Counted from the stretch's first letter, positions 9,892 through 19,614 are shown. The stretch: 64,000 bases of DNA from Planctomycetota bacterium (GCA_016776905.1 JADHSM010000007.1:73438-137437); one strand, 5' to 3'. The notes: generated by a model from the sequence alone, not told the origin. Translations and numbers: made by a program.

Positions 9892-10418
9892 ATGCCCACC
9901 TTTCAGTCACAGGCTAAGGCAGAGGCTGGGAAACTGCCACCAATCTGAAGAAGACCACGGCCCCAAGGGGCAAATAAAACTTAAAAGTCGTTGTTTACCG
10001 TTTCTTGACCGGTGTATCTGACAAGGCTATCATGCGCTGCTTAGAGCCGGATCGGATTCGCGGGTACGCCCCGTGAAGAAAGTCCTGAGGCAACGATCGC
10101 TTGCGATCATTCTGGAATCATCTGGAAGCTTTTCTTCTATTCGAGGGAGCGATCCGGTTTTTTCTGCACATAATTCGGATATCTTGCGAAGAAGTGTTGG
10201 GTGTCTCTTTCGAAGAGTCACGAGCACCACATATGCGGGCGACCTGGAGGTCGTCTGGTCACTTAAATTTTGACAAGATCATCGGGCTATTCGCCACGTC
10301 TCGGGGAGACGACAAGATGATCGTTGAATGTCTGTGATCGAGGGACGGGAACGTCTATCCATCAAATGCAACATCATGTTGCTGAGTGGAACCTCGGCCA
10401 GAAGGAACTGGAGAAGAG

Positions 10419-11273
10419 ATGAGCGGGCTCGCCAAATTTTTCGTGGTGATCAATCTCGTCCTGGCACTCTTTTTTCTAGGAGTGAGTGCAACGCTTTTCA
10501 AGACCCAAAAGAATTGGAAAGACGCAGCAGAGGACGCACTAGAGGCACATCAGGTTAGTCTCAATAAGAGCGAGGCGATGAAGAATGCCCTAGAAGGCAC
10601 CATCGATCTGAGTCAGAAGAATGTCGATTCTCTTTCACGTGAAAAAGAGCAATTAGGCACTCAGGTGACAACACTCCAGAATGAGAACGGTGATCTTCGT
10701 AAGGAGAAAGCCAGCCTGAATACAAAGGTTTCTGATTTAGAGAGTCGAGTCGCACAAAAGGATGAGCACCTTCAGGACAAGGATTCCAATATTGCTCGTC
10801 TCGAGGATGAGATTTCTCGTCTGAACACAGAAGCTCAGGATTCAGCGATGGCTAAGAAAGTTGCAGAAGGACTGCGTAACCGTGCCCTTCTCGACAAAGA
10901 GCAGTTGTCCCAAGAGAATGAAGCCATCAATAAAGAGCTCACCGCTCTCAGGTCTGATTTCGATGACCAAAAGCTTCTGATCTCAAGAATCGTGGATTCT
11001 GGCGTTCGCCTTCCCGATATCGGTGTGGCCACTGCCCCTCCCATTGACGGTATGGTTGTCGGAGTTCAAGAGGGTGTCGTAGTCCTTTCTGTCGGTAAAG
11101 ACGACGGAGTCGAAGTCGGCTACGAGTTCACTATCTACGACGGAAATACCTTCATTGGTAAAGTACAGGTCACCAAGGTTTTGGATGACATGGCCGGGTG
11201 CACGATTCTTTTCGAAGAATCTGGGCGTAAGATCAGTGACGGCAACAAAGCCTCCACTCGTTTGACCAGCTGA
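10419..11273 (+). CDS. Membrane-anchored coiled-coil protein: an N-terminal TM helix, about 170 aa of coiled coil, and a C-terminal beta-rich domain. Hypothetical.
   Basis: TM helix 'FFVVINLVLALFFLGVSATLF' followed by heptad-like Leu/Glu/Lys-rich sequence. The start is chosen at the Met before the TM segment, with a GGAG upstream. Confidence 0.55.
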   Translation: MSGLAKFFVVINLVLALFFLGVSATLFKTQKNWKDAAEDALEAHQVSLNKSEAMKNALEGTIDLSQKNVDSLSREKEQLGTQVTTLQNENGDLRKEKASLNTKVSDLESRVAQKDEHLQDKDSNIARLEDEISRLNTEAQDSAMAKKVAEGLRNRALLDKEQLSQENEAINKELTALRSDFDDQKLLISRIVDSGVRLPDIGVATAPPIDGMVVGVQEGVVVLSVGKDDGVEVGYEFTIYDGNTFIGKVQVTKVLDDMAGCTILFEESGRKISDGNKASTRLTS

Positions 11274-11286
11274 AAAGGAGGTTCTC

Positions 11287-11526
11287 ATGTACGATCAACC
11301 CATCGTTGAAAGAAAAGACTCGAGTCCTCTGGGAACCAGTCTTCTGGGTGTGGCGACATTTTGCCTGATTTTTGCCTCAGCACTGCTGTGTTTGAGTCTT
11401 AAAGAGTTTTCGATGCCCAATTCCACTCCGACAGAGAGTGCTAAGAAATGGGAGAAAACTGCCAAGAAGACCTGGAACAGATCAGACGATCTTTTTCAAG
11501 GAGTGGTGACCGACGGAGACGAATAG
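11287..11526 (+). CDS. Small membrane protein (79 aa), hypothetical.
   Basis: Strong Shine-Dalgarno 'AAGGAGG' 7 nt upstream of the ATG. One TM segment 'LGVATFCLIFASALLCLSL'. An intrinsic terminator follows. Confidence 0.6.
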   Translation: MYDQPIVERKDSSPLGTSLLGVATFCLIFASALLCLSLKEFSMPNSTPTESAKKWEKTAKKTWNRSDDLFQGVVTDGDE

Positions 11527-11551
11527 TTTTCCTCGCGTGACCATGTTTCAA

Positions 11552-11591
11552 GGCCCGCCTCCCTACACGGGGAGGCGGGCCTTTTTCTTTT
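11552..11591 (+). terminator. Rho-independent terminator.
   Basis: A perfect 12-bp GC-rich stem GGCCCGCCTCCC / GGGAGGCGGGCC with a 6-nt loop, followed by TTTTTCTTTT. Confidence 0.85.
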
Positions 11592-11785
11592 GAACTGTGG
11601 GTGTCATAACGACGTTCTATTGCTTACTATACGGGGCCGATCGAGGGGTGGAGTGAAGAGAAACTCTCTTCTTTTGATCGACTGTTCATACGCCGCGGGG
11701 AATCAAGAGTGCTGTAAGAAGCACGCAACTGCATGTGTCTCATGCAGAATTGTTGGAAACAGATGTTTCCAGAGGGGAAGAGTCA

Positions 11786-12859
11786 ATGGTGTTTAGAATC
11801 GCACAAAATTTGACGAGTCGTTTCTTAGGTAAGTTTTCTACTGACCTTGGAATCGATCTCGGGACCGCGAACACTCTCGTTTGCGTGAGCGGTCGTGGAG
11901 TTGTTGTCAGCGAACCTTCAGTTGTGGCTGTCAAGGCGGGAACGAACCAGGTTCTCTTGGACGGTGCTGCCGTAGGCCGCGTTGCCAAGGAAATGATGGG
12001 CCGAACTCCGACTTCTATCGAAGCTGTGCGCCCCCTCCAAGACGGTGTGATCGCTGACTTCGAAATCACAGAAGCGATGCTGAAGTATTTCATCAACAGT
12101 GTTCAGGGAGACTCTCTCTTCTTTAGCCCTCGCGTTGTCATTGCTGTTCCTAGTGGGATCACTGCGGTTGAAAAACGTGCCGTTTACAACTCTGCAGAAA
12201 GAGCCGGCGCTCGTAAGGTTTACCTCGTTGAGGAACCCAGAGCTGCGGGCTTAGGTGCTGGCTTGCCCATTGAAGACCCCATCGCCAGCATGATCGTTGA
12301 TATCGGTGGAGGTACGACTGAAATCGCGGTTCTGTCACTCGCAGACGTCGTCACGAGTGTCTCACTGCGTATCGCCGGTGACGACATGGACGATGCCATC
12401 GTTCAATACATGAAGAAGAATTATAATTTGTTTGTGGGTCCTCTCACAGCGGAGCAGATCAAGATCAAGCTCGGTTCAGCTTATGAGTTGGATCAAGAAC
12501 TTGAGATGGAAGTCAAAGGCCGCGACTTAATCGGCAATCTGCCACGCAGCACAAGTGTTACGAGCGAGGAGATTCGGGAAGCTTTGGCAGATCCTATCCG
12601 TCAGATTATCGACGGTATTAAAGAGACGTTAGAGAAGACGGATCCTGAGTTATGTGCGGATTTGGTTCAGCAAGGAATCGTACTCTGTGGAGGCGGTGTT
12701 CTTTTGCGAGGCCTCGACGAATTGATTCGCAAGGAGACGGGCCTTCCGGTTCGGATTGCTGATGATCCACTGACGTGCGTGGCACGCGGGACGGCCATAT
12801 TCCTTGAACGTCTCGATCAATACGCGTCCGTATTGGATACCATCGAAGACGATTTCTAG
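11786..12859 (+). CDS. mreB: Rod shape-determining actin homolog MreB.
   Basis: Phosphate-1 'GIDLGTANTLV', phosphate-2 'DIGGGTTEIAVLS', adenosine 'GIVLCGGG'. Confidence 0.93.
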   Translation: MVFRIAQNLTSRFLGKFSTDLGIDLGTANTLVCVSGRGVVVSEPSVVAVKAGTNQVLLDGAAVGRVAKEMMGRTPTSIEAVRPLQDGVIADFEITEAMLKYFINSVQGDSLFFSPRVVIAVPSGITAVEKRAVYNSAERAGARKVYLVEEPRAAGLGAGLPIEDPIASMIVDIGGGTTEIAVLSLADVVTSVSLRIAGDDMDDAIVQYMKKNYNLFVGPLTAEQIKIKLGSAYELDQELEMEVKGRDLIGNLPRSTSVTSEEIREALADPIRQIIDGIKETLEKTDPELCADLVQQGIVLCGGGVLLRGLDELIRKETGLPVRIADDPLTCVARGTAIFLERLDQYASVLDTIEDDF

Positions 12860-12903
12860 GCCAGACAGTAATTAAGGTCTGACTCTGATCCCCCCGGAGG
12901 TCC

Positions 12904-13605
12904 GTGAAACGCAGGCAGACGGCATATTGGGCCATCGGTTGCTGGCTTCTCCTGACTCTCGTCGCTTTTGGGTTAGAACAACTGTTCTCCTCCCCAAAGC
13001 GGCAGGAATTCAATCGATCCATCGTCGATCAGGCCATCCAGCAAGAGTTGATCGCTGAATCCGAAGTTCAGGCCGTACTGACTCGTCAACAATTGATGGA
13101 TATGTGGCTTCCGCTTTCGGCCAATTTCACTCTCGTTCCAGCCCTCATGACTCCTGTCCGTGACCGATCTCCCCTGCGAAGTACTGGGCGTATAGATCGC
13201 GGTGAGGAATCTGGATTAACCACGGGTTTGGGGATCGTCAGCAGTTCCGGAGTTGTCGGTCGAATTGTTGCTGTTGGCCAAGGTTGGAGTCGAATCCAAT
13301 TAGCGGACGACCCAGGCTTCGTCATTCCATGTGTCGATGAACAAGGTCATCGAGGAATCATTGGCGGAGCTTCTTATTCAGGAGAAGGCCGTATCAAGTT
13401 TCGGCTCAGTCATCTCGAACTCAGTCTGAATGAAATCCTCACGACAGATGGTTCCAGTGGAGTTTTTCCAGCAAATGTTTACTTAGGTATCGTTGCTGAA
13501 AACAGAACTCCTGTGAAAGAGTCGCGAATCTTATTCCCTCAGAATTTAGGTACTGAAAAAGAAGTGGTGATCTTTGTACCTATTGAGCCTGGGGTTGGAC
13601 GATGA
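12904..13605 (+). CDS. mreC: Rod shape-determining protein MreC.
   Basis: Position directly after mreB, an N-terminal TM segment, and beta-rich repeats typical of MreC. GTG start. Confidence 0.75.
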   Translation: MKRRQTAYWAIGCWLLLTLVAFGLEQLFSSPKRQEFNRSIVDQAIQQELIAESEVQAVLTRQQLMDMWLPLSANFTLVPALMTPVRDRSPLRSTGRIDRGEESGLTTGLGIVSSSGVVGRIVAVGQGWSRIQLADDPGFVIPCVDEQGHRGIIGGASYSGEGRIKFRLSHLELSLNEILTTDGSSGVFPANVYLGIVAENRTPVKESRILFPQNLGTEKEVVIFVPIEPGVGR

Positions 13606-14084
13606 AGTGGAGCATGCTTTTTTTGCTGACGGCTCTCTCGATATGGACTTCTTATGTCTATTCCGGTGTGGTCGGATCGTCGATCTTGTTGTTGGATCCG
13701 GTTTTGATACTTCTCGCATGGTTTTGTTTGCAGGATGAATGGCCGCGTATTTTTGCCGTATCAGCAATGATTCTTTTGTATCGCTTCTCTTTGACAATTG
13801 CGACGCCTCTTGAAGTCGTGGTTCCCCCATTAGCGTTGATTTTTACGATTCGAATGTTGAGCGGTGGTATCAGTCCTTTTCATTTTTGGAGACGGTTCTT
13901 AATTGTTGTCCCTGCTCTATGTCTCTCTCATTTGATTTCGAACTTTATCCTTTTTAGAGTCTTCGATTTATCCATAGAGCGAATCTTGCTGGATGCTGCT
14001 TTGGCCTTTATCGTTTCAGCAACCATGTTTTCAGTACTCGATGTCATACGGCCGCTGCTAAAAACGGCGAAATACCCCGATTAG
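13602..14084 (+). CDS. mreD: Rod shape-determining protein MreD.
   Basis: A 160-aa polytopic membrane protein coupled to mreC by an ATGA overlap. Confidence 0.65.
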   Translation: MKWSMLFLLTALSIWTSYVYSGVVGSSILLLDPVLILLAWFCLQDEWPRIFAVSAMILLYRFSLTIATPLEVVVPPLALIFTIRMLSGGISPFHFWRRFLIVVPALCLSHLISNFILFRVFDLSIERILLDAALAFIVSATMFSVLDVIRPLLKTAKYPD

Positions 14085-14113
14085 TTCAGTCGTAATTTAA
14101 TAGGAAGGTCCTC

Positions 14114-16348
14114 GTGCAAAGATCCCGAATCATTGTTCTTGTTGTTATCTTCCTGATGGTGTCGATAGTCATTGGCATGCGACTCTACAAACTACAAATT
14201 GTTGAGTGGCGTGAATATGCACAACGGGCGGCAAATACGCATCGTTCGATCATGTATTCTCCGGGTCCTAGAGGGAAAATATTGGATCGGAATGGGACGG
14301 TATTAGCTCAAAGTGTGCCGATGATGAGAGCCACTTTTCTTCTATCAGAATTAGAACAGTGCCGATGGGTTGCCCGGCGACTGCGAAGCCTACTCGGTAA
14401 AGATTCAGAAATGTACCCATGGGATGAACACGTGTTATGGCTTTCTTTAGAGGCGATACGAGAAACCTTTAGGCGACAGTTAAAATCCGGTGACGTTCCG
14501 GCTTCTATCGTTTGGTTAAAAAACATTGACCCCATGACCTCTTCTCGCATCGCAAAAGCTCTGAGGAGTCGTCCCGAAAACTTCCCTGGTGTCGATTTGG
14601 GGATAAATGACGACGGGGTCGGAGTGCTGTCTCTAGACCCGTCTCTGCTCTTCGCTGGAGAGGTTGGGGTTCGACGCCTATCGAAGTGGCATCCTGAATA
14701 CACAGCTGATCAGCTGTGGGAGAAGGTTCAGACTCAATATGATAAAGTTCGGGACGATTCCGACGAAGATCTTACAGATAAGGAAGATCTTGCAAAAGCA
14801 AGGCAGAGAAGAGATCGAATATTCCGTGTGAAGAGACACTTATTGATTTCCGATCTTAATCCCGACTTAGTCATTGAGATCTGTATGAACCCCGATCGCT
14901 GGCCAGGAATCCATCTTGAAGAAGTGGATATGCGAGAATATCCCAGAAACCCGATGTGGGGCCAACTCTTAGGTCGAACAACATTATCAAATCTGAAGAA
15001 CCAATCAGACTTTAAGAAAAATGAAGAGGTACTCATCGATCAAATGTCGTTGAAAGATATACGTACCGTTTCGGCTATTCAGAAAGATGCGCGCCACAGT
15101 GCTGACCAAGTGGGGCAAGAAGGTCTTGAGTCCTACTTGGAAGATCAACTACGAGGTCGACCGGGTGCAAAAATTCGAATTGTGGATTACCGTCGAAAGC
15201 AAGTCGGGCTTGCAGGCACCATGTTGGAGGCGATACCGGGCAAAGATGTTTCTTTGACTGTTGACGTAGAGTTTTCTGAATATTGCGTGGATCTGTTAAG
15301 AGACGAATTTCAATATAACCCCCCACTCGACGATGGGCCTGCCAGTGGTGCGATGGTCTTTTTAGACGTGCAGAGCGGAGAAGTCATAGGACTTTCACCG
15401 ATTCCGCTTCAAGGAGTTGAAGTATTTGCGGATTCAAGTCTTTACGAAGAACGAAAAAATGAACAATCTGCGGGCTGGTTCCTAGACCGGTGTCTCGGTT
15501 GGCCGATTGATCCCGGCTCTACATTTAAGCCTATTGTCGCCTTGATCGCTCTTTCAGAAGGCGTTCTTTCGCCCGGTGAAACCATTGATTGTCAGGGTTA
15601 TTTCGACCTGAAAGATCGACGTGCGAATCGCTGTGAAAACCATAGTCGTGGTCCTATTGGTCTCGAAGAAGCACTAGCGAAGTCTTGTAATGTGTTTTTC
15701 TACAAATTAGGTCAAAGACTCGGGTTGGAAAAGCTGATCGCAGGTGCTGAAGATTTCGGTTTTTGGCAAGCGACCATCGAATCCGATTGGCGGAATGTTG
15801 ACGATGGCCAATCCGACGGCCTCCCTTCCGAGAAATATGGTCAGAAGCCCAATTCCAATCCAGTGGGCGCAGCGATTGGTAGAGGGTTTATTGTGACGCC
15901 GATACAGATGGCAAAAGCCGCGATGATCTTGGCGCGAAGAGGCGACTTTTCTCCGGTCAAAATGTTCCAGGTGAGCGATTCTGCAACAAAGACGACCAAA
16001 GGTAGAGGTCGTCCTGTTCTTGATAATCTGAAACCTGATCATTTTGAAAGCGTCATTCAGGGAATGCAGGAAGCCGTAGAATATGGAAGTGCGAAGAATT
16101 CGCGATTAAAAGATTTTAACGCAGCAGTGAAAACTGGAACGGTTCGCGTCATGAAAACCGTTCAGGGAAGGACCTCTTCCACGGAATATAAGCATGCGTG
16201 GATGATCGGTTTCGCACCTGCTGATCAACCCAAGGTGGCGTTTGCGATCGTGTTGCAAAATCAAGAAAAGTCCGGTGGTAAGATTGCTCCTTTAGTCGAA
16301 GATGCGTTGGATTGGTTGCAGGTCCATCGCGGAATGAAATTTCGATGA
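14114..16348 (+). CDS. mrdA: Penicillin-binding protein 2, the elongasome transpeptidase.
   Basis: Transpeptidase motifs SXXK 'STFK', SXN 'SCN', and KTG 'KTGTV'. An N-terminal TM anchor is present. At 744 aa it is long, with insertions in the pedestal domain. Confidence 0.9.
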   Translation: MQRSRIIVLVVIFLMVSIVIGMRLYKLQIVEWREYAQRAANTHRSIMYSPGPRGKILDRNGTVLAQSVPMMRATFLLSELEQCRWVARRLRSLLGKDSEMYPWDEHVLWLSLEAIRETFRRQLKSGDVPASIVWLKNIDPMTSSRIAKALRSRPENFPGVDLGINDDGVGVLSLDPSLLFAGEVGVRRLSKWHPEYTADQLWEKVQTQYDKVRDDSDEDLTDKEDLAKARQRRDRIFRVKRHLLISDLNPDLVIEICMNPDRWPGIHLEEVDMREYPRNPMWGQLLGRTTLSNLKNQSDFKKNEEVLIDQMSLKDIRTVSAIQKDARHSADQVGQEGLESYLEDQLRGRPGAKIRIVDYRRKQVGLAGTMLEAIPGKDVSLTVDVEFSEYCVDLLRDEFQYNPPLDDGPASGAMVFLDVQSGEVIGLSPIPLQGVEVFADSSLYEERKNEQSAGWFLDRCLGWPIDPGSTFKPIVALIALSEGVLSPGETIDCQGYFDLKDRRANRCENHSRGPIGLEEALAKSCNVFFYKLGQRLGLEKLIAGAEDFGFWQATIESDWRNVDDGQSDGLPSEKYGQKPNSNPVGAAIGRGFIVTPIQMAKAAMILARRGDFSPVKMFQVSDSATKTTKGRGRPVLDNLKPDHFESVIQGMQEAVEYGSAKNSRLKDFNAAVKTGTVRVMKTVQGRTSSTEYKHAWMIGFAPADQPKVAFAIVLQNQEKSGGKIAPLVEDALDWLQVHRGMKFR

Positions 16349-17514
16349 GGATAGAAGTACGAGATTATCTGAAGTCGGCTTTTCAGGGTTGGATTGGAAC
16401 TTCCGGGTTAATCCTCCTGACAACGTTATTGTTGCTTTGGGTCGGGGTTGTTTTCGTCCACAGTGCGACCGTCGATTCCGGGATGGGGTTCCCGGGTCCC
16501 TATGCCGTGAGTCAGATAAAGAAAATTATTGTCGGCATTGGGGCTTTGCTGGCGATATCCACGATGTCTCCCCGGATTCTTGAACGAGTGACTCCCATCT
16601 TCTTTGTCGGAACCATGGCAGTCCTTTCTGGTATGGTCGTGTGGAAATTGATTTTTGGTGGAGTTGTGAGATGGATTCGATTAGGTCCCCTTCAATTCCA
16701 ACCTTCAGAATTAGCCAAAATATCGACAGTGATGATTCTCGCAATGTTGTTGAGAGGTGGACTTGAACAATCTCGTTGGAAGCATGTGATATCGATCTTA
16801 GCCTGCGGGATTGCTCCTTTTATTTTGATAGCGGCTCAACCAGATCTTGGAACAGCAATGGTCCTTGTGCCAACAGTCGTAGCGATGGTCTGGGTGGCTC
16901 AATTAGGTAAACGGCGATTATTGTTACTTTTCACAGCTGCAATTTTCTTGAGTGGCCCATTGGGTTACATGCTTCTGAAGCCTTACCAAGTAGATCGTGT
17001 CTATAGTTTTCTGGGGATTGGATCTGTGGCTGCCGAGGATGCCGGCAATCATCAGGTCACACAGTCTATTATTGCCCTAGGAAGCGGTGGGCCTGCTGGA
17101 AAAGGACTTCACCAAGGTTCGCACCATGATTTGGGATATCTGTTCGCTGACCATAATGATTTTATTTTCGCAGTGATTGGTGAGGAATGGGGACTTCAGG
17201 GGACAATACTTGTCATTTTAGGTTTCCTCTTGTTGATCTTCAGTATGCTTGGCGTGGGCTGGTCATCTCGTGATCATTTCAGTCGTTTATTGTCTGTCGG
17301 AATCGCCACTCAGATATTCACTCAAGCGGTCTTTAATATGGCGGTGACAGTGGGATTATTGCCGGTGACGGGGCTTCCGTTACCGTTCGTTTCTTATGGA
17401 GGGACCTCCATCGTGGTTTCTTTGATGGGAGTAGGATTGGTGATCGCAGTTGCCAGAAATCCCATCGACGAGAATCAGTTGGACGGCATCAGGAATCGAC
17501 CGTCGCATCTTTAG
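16345..17514 (+). CDS. rodA: Peptidoglycan glycosyltransferase RodA, SEDS family.
   Basis: A 10-TM profile with SEDS-family conserved segments 'FIFAVIGEEWGLQG' and 'PLPFVSYGGTS'. ATGA overlap with mrdA. Confidence 0.88.
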   Translation: MRIEVRDYLKSAFQGWIGTSGLILLTTLLLLWVGVVFVHSATVDSGMGFPGPYAVSQIKKIIVGIGALLAISTMSPRILERVTPIFFVGTMAVLSGMVVWKLIFGGVVRWIRLGPLQFQPSELAKISTVMILAMLLRGGLEQSRWKHVISILACGIAPFILIAAQPDLGTAMVLVPTVVAMVWVAQLGKRRLLLLFTAAIFLSGPLGYMLLKPYQVDRVYSFLGIGSVAAEDAGNHQVTQSIIALGSGGPAGKGLHQGSHHDLGYLFADHNDFIFAVIGEEWGLQGTILVILGFLLLIFSMLGVGWSSRDHFSRLLSVGIATQIFTQAVFNMAVTVGLLPVTGLPLPFVSYGGTSIVVSLMGVGLVIAVARNPIDENQLDGIRNRPSHL

Positions 17515-17693
17515 GTAATTCAAAGATCGCTCTGATGCGAAATGTCGTGTTTGAGTGCAGGAGTTCAGCTCCTTAGCAGCTGTCGACGATGGAGTCTGTA
17601 CGCCTGGCGACCATCACGAATCCCCCATTTATATATCCACAGATATCGACGGGTAGAGAAGCTCGGCGAATAGAGCCCCAGAGTCTGTATCGA

Positions 17694-17737
17694 AATTTAA
17701 TTAAAAAAATTTAATTAAAAAAACTTAATTAAAAAAA
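17694..17737. repeat. AT-rich tandem repeat, about 2.8 copies of aatttaattaaaaaaa. Each copy holds the palindrome TTAATTAA.
   Basis: Read directly. It lies in a 760-bp non-coding gap and is immediately followed by the hairpin ggtgccatcggggaaatggcacc (17741-17763). Confidence 0.9.
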
Positions 17738-18200
17738 GAGGTGCCATCGGGGAAATGGCACCTCCTCGGAAAGAAATGAAGCAAGAAGGACGACCATGTC
17801 GCCCCGGGGAGCCTTCGGCGGATCATTGCGACCACCGACCTTGCCAGTTGAACGTTCCCGAGGGTCCGTCAACAAATGCTCCCCTGTCCCAAAGAGCCCA
17901 CTTCATACATAGCATTGGCCGTGCCAAACCTGTCTTATTTAAAAATTGGGCTCTATGAGCTTCACAAGGAGCTTGCCGGAGATGGATCATCACCGAGTGA
18001 CCATCGTGAAGTCCTCGCGATGGTTAAATAATAGCCACCATTGAGGCTCCCCCTGCGTCTTTGGAAGACCTGTGTCGTAAAATGTATTATTGAATAGGCT
18101 TATGTGAGTGAACGAATTGTGGCCACCTATTTCCGGCGAACGGCCCAAAGTGGATATAAATTGTCCAATTTGAAGTGTTCCGAGGTGGTTTCGGCCGAGA

Positions 18201-18250
18201 TGGAAAACCCCTCCCATGGAGAATGCTCGAGGCTTTATCCATGGGAGGGG
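18201..18250 (-). terminator. Rho-independent terminator for the downstream secreted-protein gene.
   Basis: A perfect 12-bp inverted repeat CCCCTCCCATGG (18208-18219) / CCATGGGAGGGG (18239-18250) with a 19-nt loop. A U-tract on the minus strand is the reverse complement of 18201-18207. It sits 29 nt after the stop codon. Confidence 0.7.
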
Positions 18251-18279
18251 AAATTATCTATGGGATGTCGTTCTCAGAA

Positions 18280-19614
18280 TCAGGGGCAACCTGCATAGCT
18301 GTCGCAGGAGATATCGTCATCGGTGGGATCTATCCCGCATTCTTCGAAAGGTGCTTCAGGCGCTGCACCTCCAGAGAACAGGTAACTCAACATCAAGACC
18401 GGATCATTCAGTTGAATCACTCCGCTGTCGTCGATATCGATGATTTTCAGGCAACTCGGTTCAGGACCATTGCTGAAGAGGTACTGAAGCATGTTGATGG
18501 GGTCTGCCAGGTTTACGCCGCCGTTCCCGTCGAAGTCTCCACGCTTGAAAGGTGTTCCTAAGGGAGCTTCAGTGATTTCAATAGAATCTCCGCTGGAAGA
18601 AACGATGGCCGCGGTGCTACCGAGAGAAATCACGATGGGTGTCGCTGGGGATCCGGCAGCAGGAATCAACTCTTCTGAAAAGTTGATATTGGTGATTCCG
18701 GGTGTTGCTGAGGCCAGAGCGTTGTAGGTCACTGTCATCAATTGTTCTTCGGTCCCTGCTGGCAATGTGGTCAAGGCGTCGCTGATGGAAGCAAGGCAAG
18801 CCACTACGAGGCCGTCAGCACCGACAGGGTCCGTGTCCACCAGGAGATATTCCGGTCCCGCTCCCCCATTGAGGGCTGTCAAACTGGAGCCGGCGGTGAC
18901 ATCCGAGATAGCGAGCTGCGAACCGTCATGAGTCATTCCCAGAGAAAATCCATAGTAAGGAAGAGGGGCATTGAGGAAGACGTCTGCATCTGCGCTTGAA
19001 GCTTGTTCAACCGAAGCGGTGGTGAACGCGGTCGAAAGGGTGAAAGGTGGGACTCCACCTATTTCGATCAATCCTTCAACCTGAGTCGGAACAAAGGGTG
19101 CTGATCCTCCGGGTGGAACCACGAGAGTCTCCGTCGCCGACGAGGCGCATGTGAAGAAGAAGTTGCAGTATTGAATCGGAACCACCGTGTCATCTGCGCC
19201 GAGTAAAAGGACTTCGATCACAGCCATTTCGTAATCGACTCCTGGTGGAAGTGTATTGACGCCGACGAAATCGACGACGACTCCCTGAATCACGCCTTCT
19301 CCTGCACAGACATTGATTTCTTGGAAGGCAGCCGGTGCTCCTCCATTTGCAACTTCTACGACGGCGCCATTGCTGGCGTTCGTAATTTCAAAATCAGGAC
19401 TGTCTTGGCAAATCGCAAAGGACCAACCCGCTAGATTTCCTCCTGGATTATTCAGAAGGCATCTGACGTCGACAGATCCACCACTCGGAGCTGTTCCCGA
19501 TGTATCGAATGAAAAGACGTAATCTTGTGCCACGGTGACTGAGCAAGGGACGAATGTGCAGATCGCACAAAGTATGAGCGTCAGACAGCCGAGTATGCGG
19601 GGAGAAGAAAGCAT
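18280..19614 (-). CDS. Secreted protein with two C-terminal dockerin-like (EF-hand type) Ca-binding repeats and a Cys-rich tail. Hypothetical.
   Basis: N-terminal signal peptide 'ILGCLTLILCAICTFVPCSVTVAQ'. C-terminal 'DFDGNGGVNLADPINMLQYLF' and 'DIDDSGVIQLNDPVLMLSYLF' match the dockerin type I repeat pattern. The terminal sequence is 'CGIDPTDDDISCDSYAGC'. Confidence 0.65.
   Translation of the reverse strand: MLSSPRILGCLTLILCAICTFVPCSVTVAQDYVFSFDTSGTAPSGGSVDVRCLLNNPGGNLAGWSFAICQDSPDFEITNASNGAVVEVANGGAPAAFQEINVCAGEGVIQGVVVDFVGVNTLPPGVDYEMAVIEVLLLGADDTVVPIQYCNFFFTCASSATETLVVPPGGSAPFVPTQVEGLIEIGGVPPFTLSTAFTTASVEQASSADADVFLNAPLPYYGFSLGMTHDGSQLAISDVTAGSSLTALNGGAGPEYLLVDTDPVGADGLVVACLASISDALTTLPAGTEEQLMTVTYNALASATPGITNINFSEELIPAAGSPATPIVISLGSTAAIVSSSGDSIEITEAPLGTPFKRGDFDGNGGVNLADPINMLQYLFSNGPEPSCLKIIDIDDSGVIQLNDPVLMLSYLFSGGAAPEAPFEECGIDPTDDDISCDSYAGCP

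Noticed and set aside
9892-10100. A possible FMN (RFN) riboswitch upstream of ribE.
   Set aside because: None of the conserved RFN element segments is present, such as GGAUUCAGUUUAAGCUGAAGC or the GGGGCAGGGUGAAAUUCCC-type segments. ribE may be unregulated here, or the riboswitch may sit upstream of ribD elsewhere.
17515-18280. Chromosomal replication origin (oriC).
   Set aside because: There are only two or three DnaA-box-like 9-mers. There is no dnaA, dnaN or gidA nearby, and the AT-rich repeats are not 13-mer DUE-like. I keep it as a regulatory or unknown element finding rather than calling an origin.
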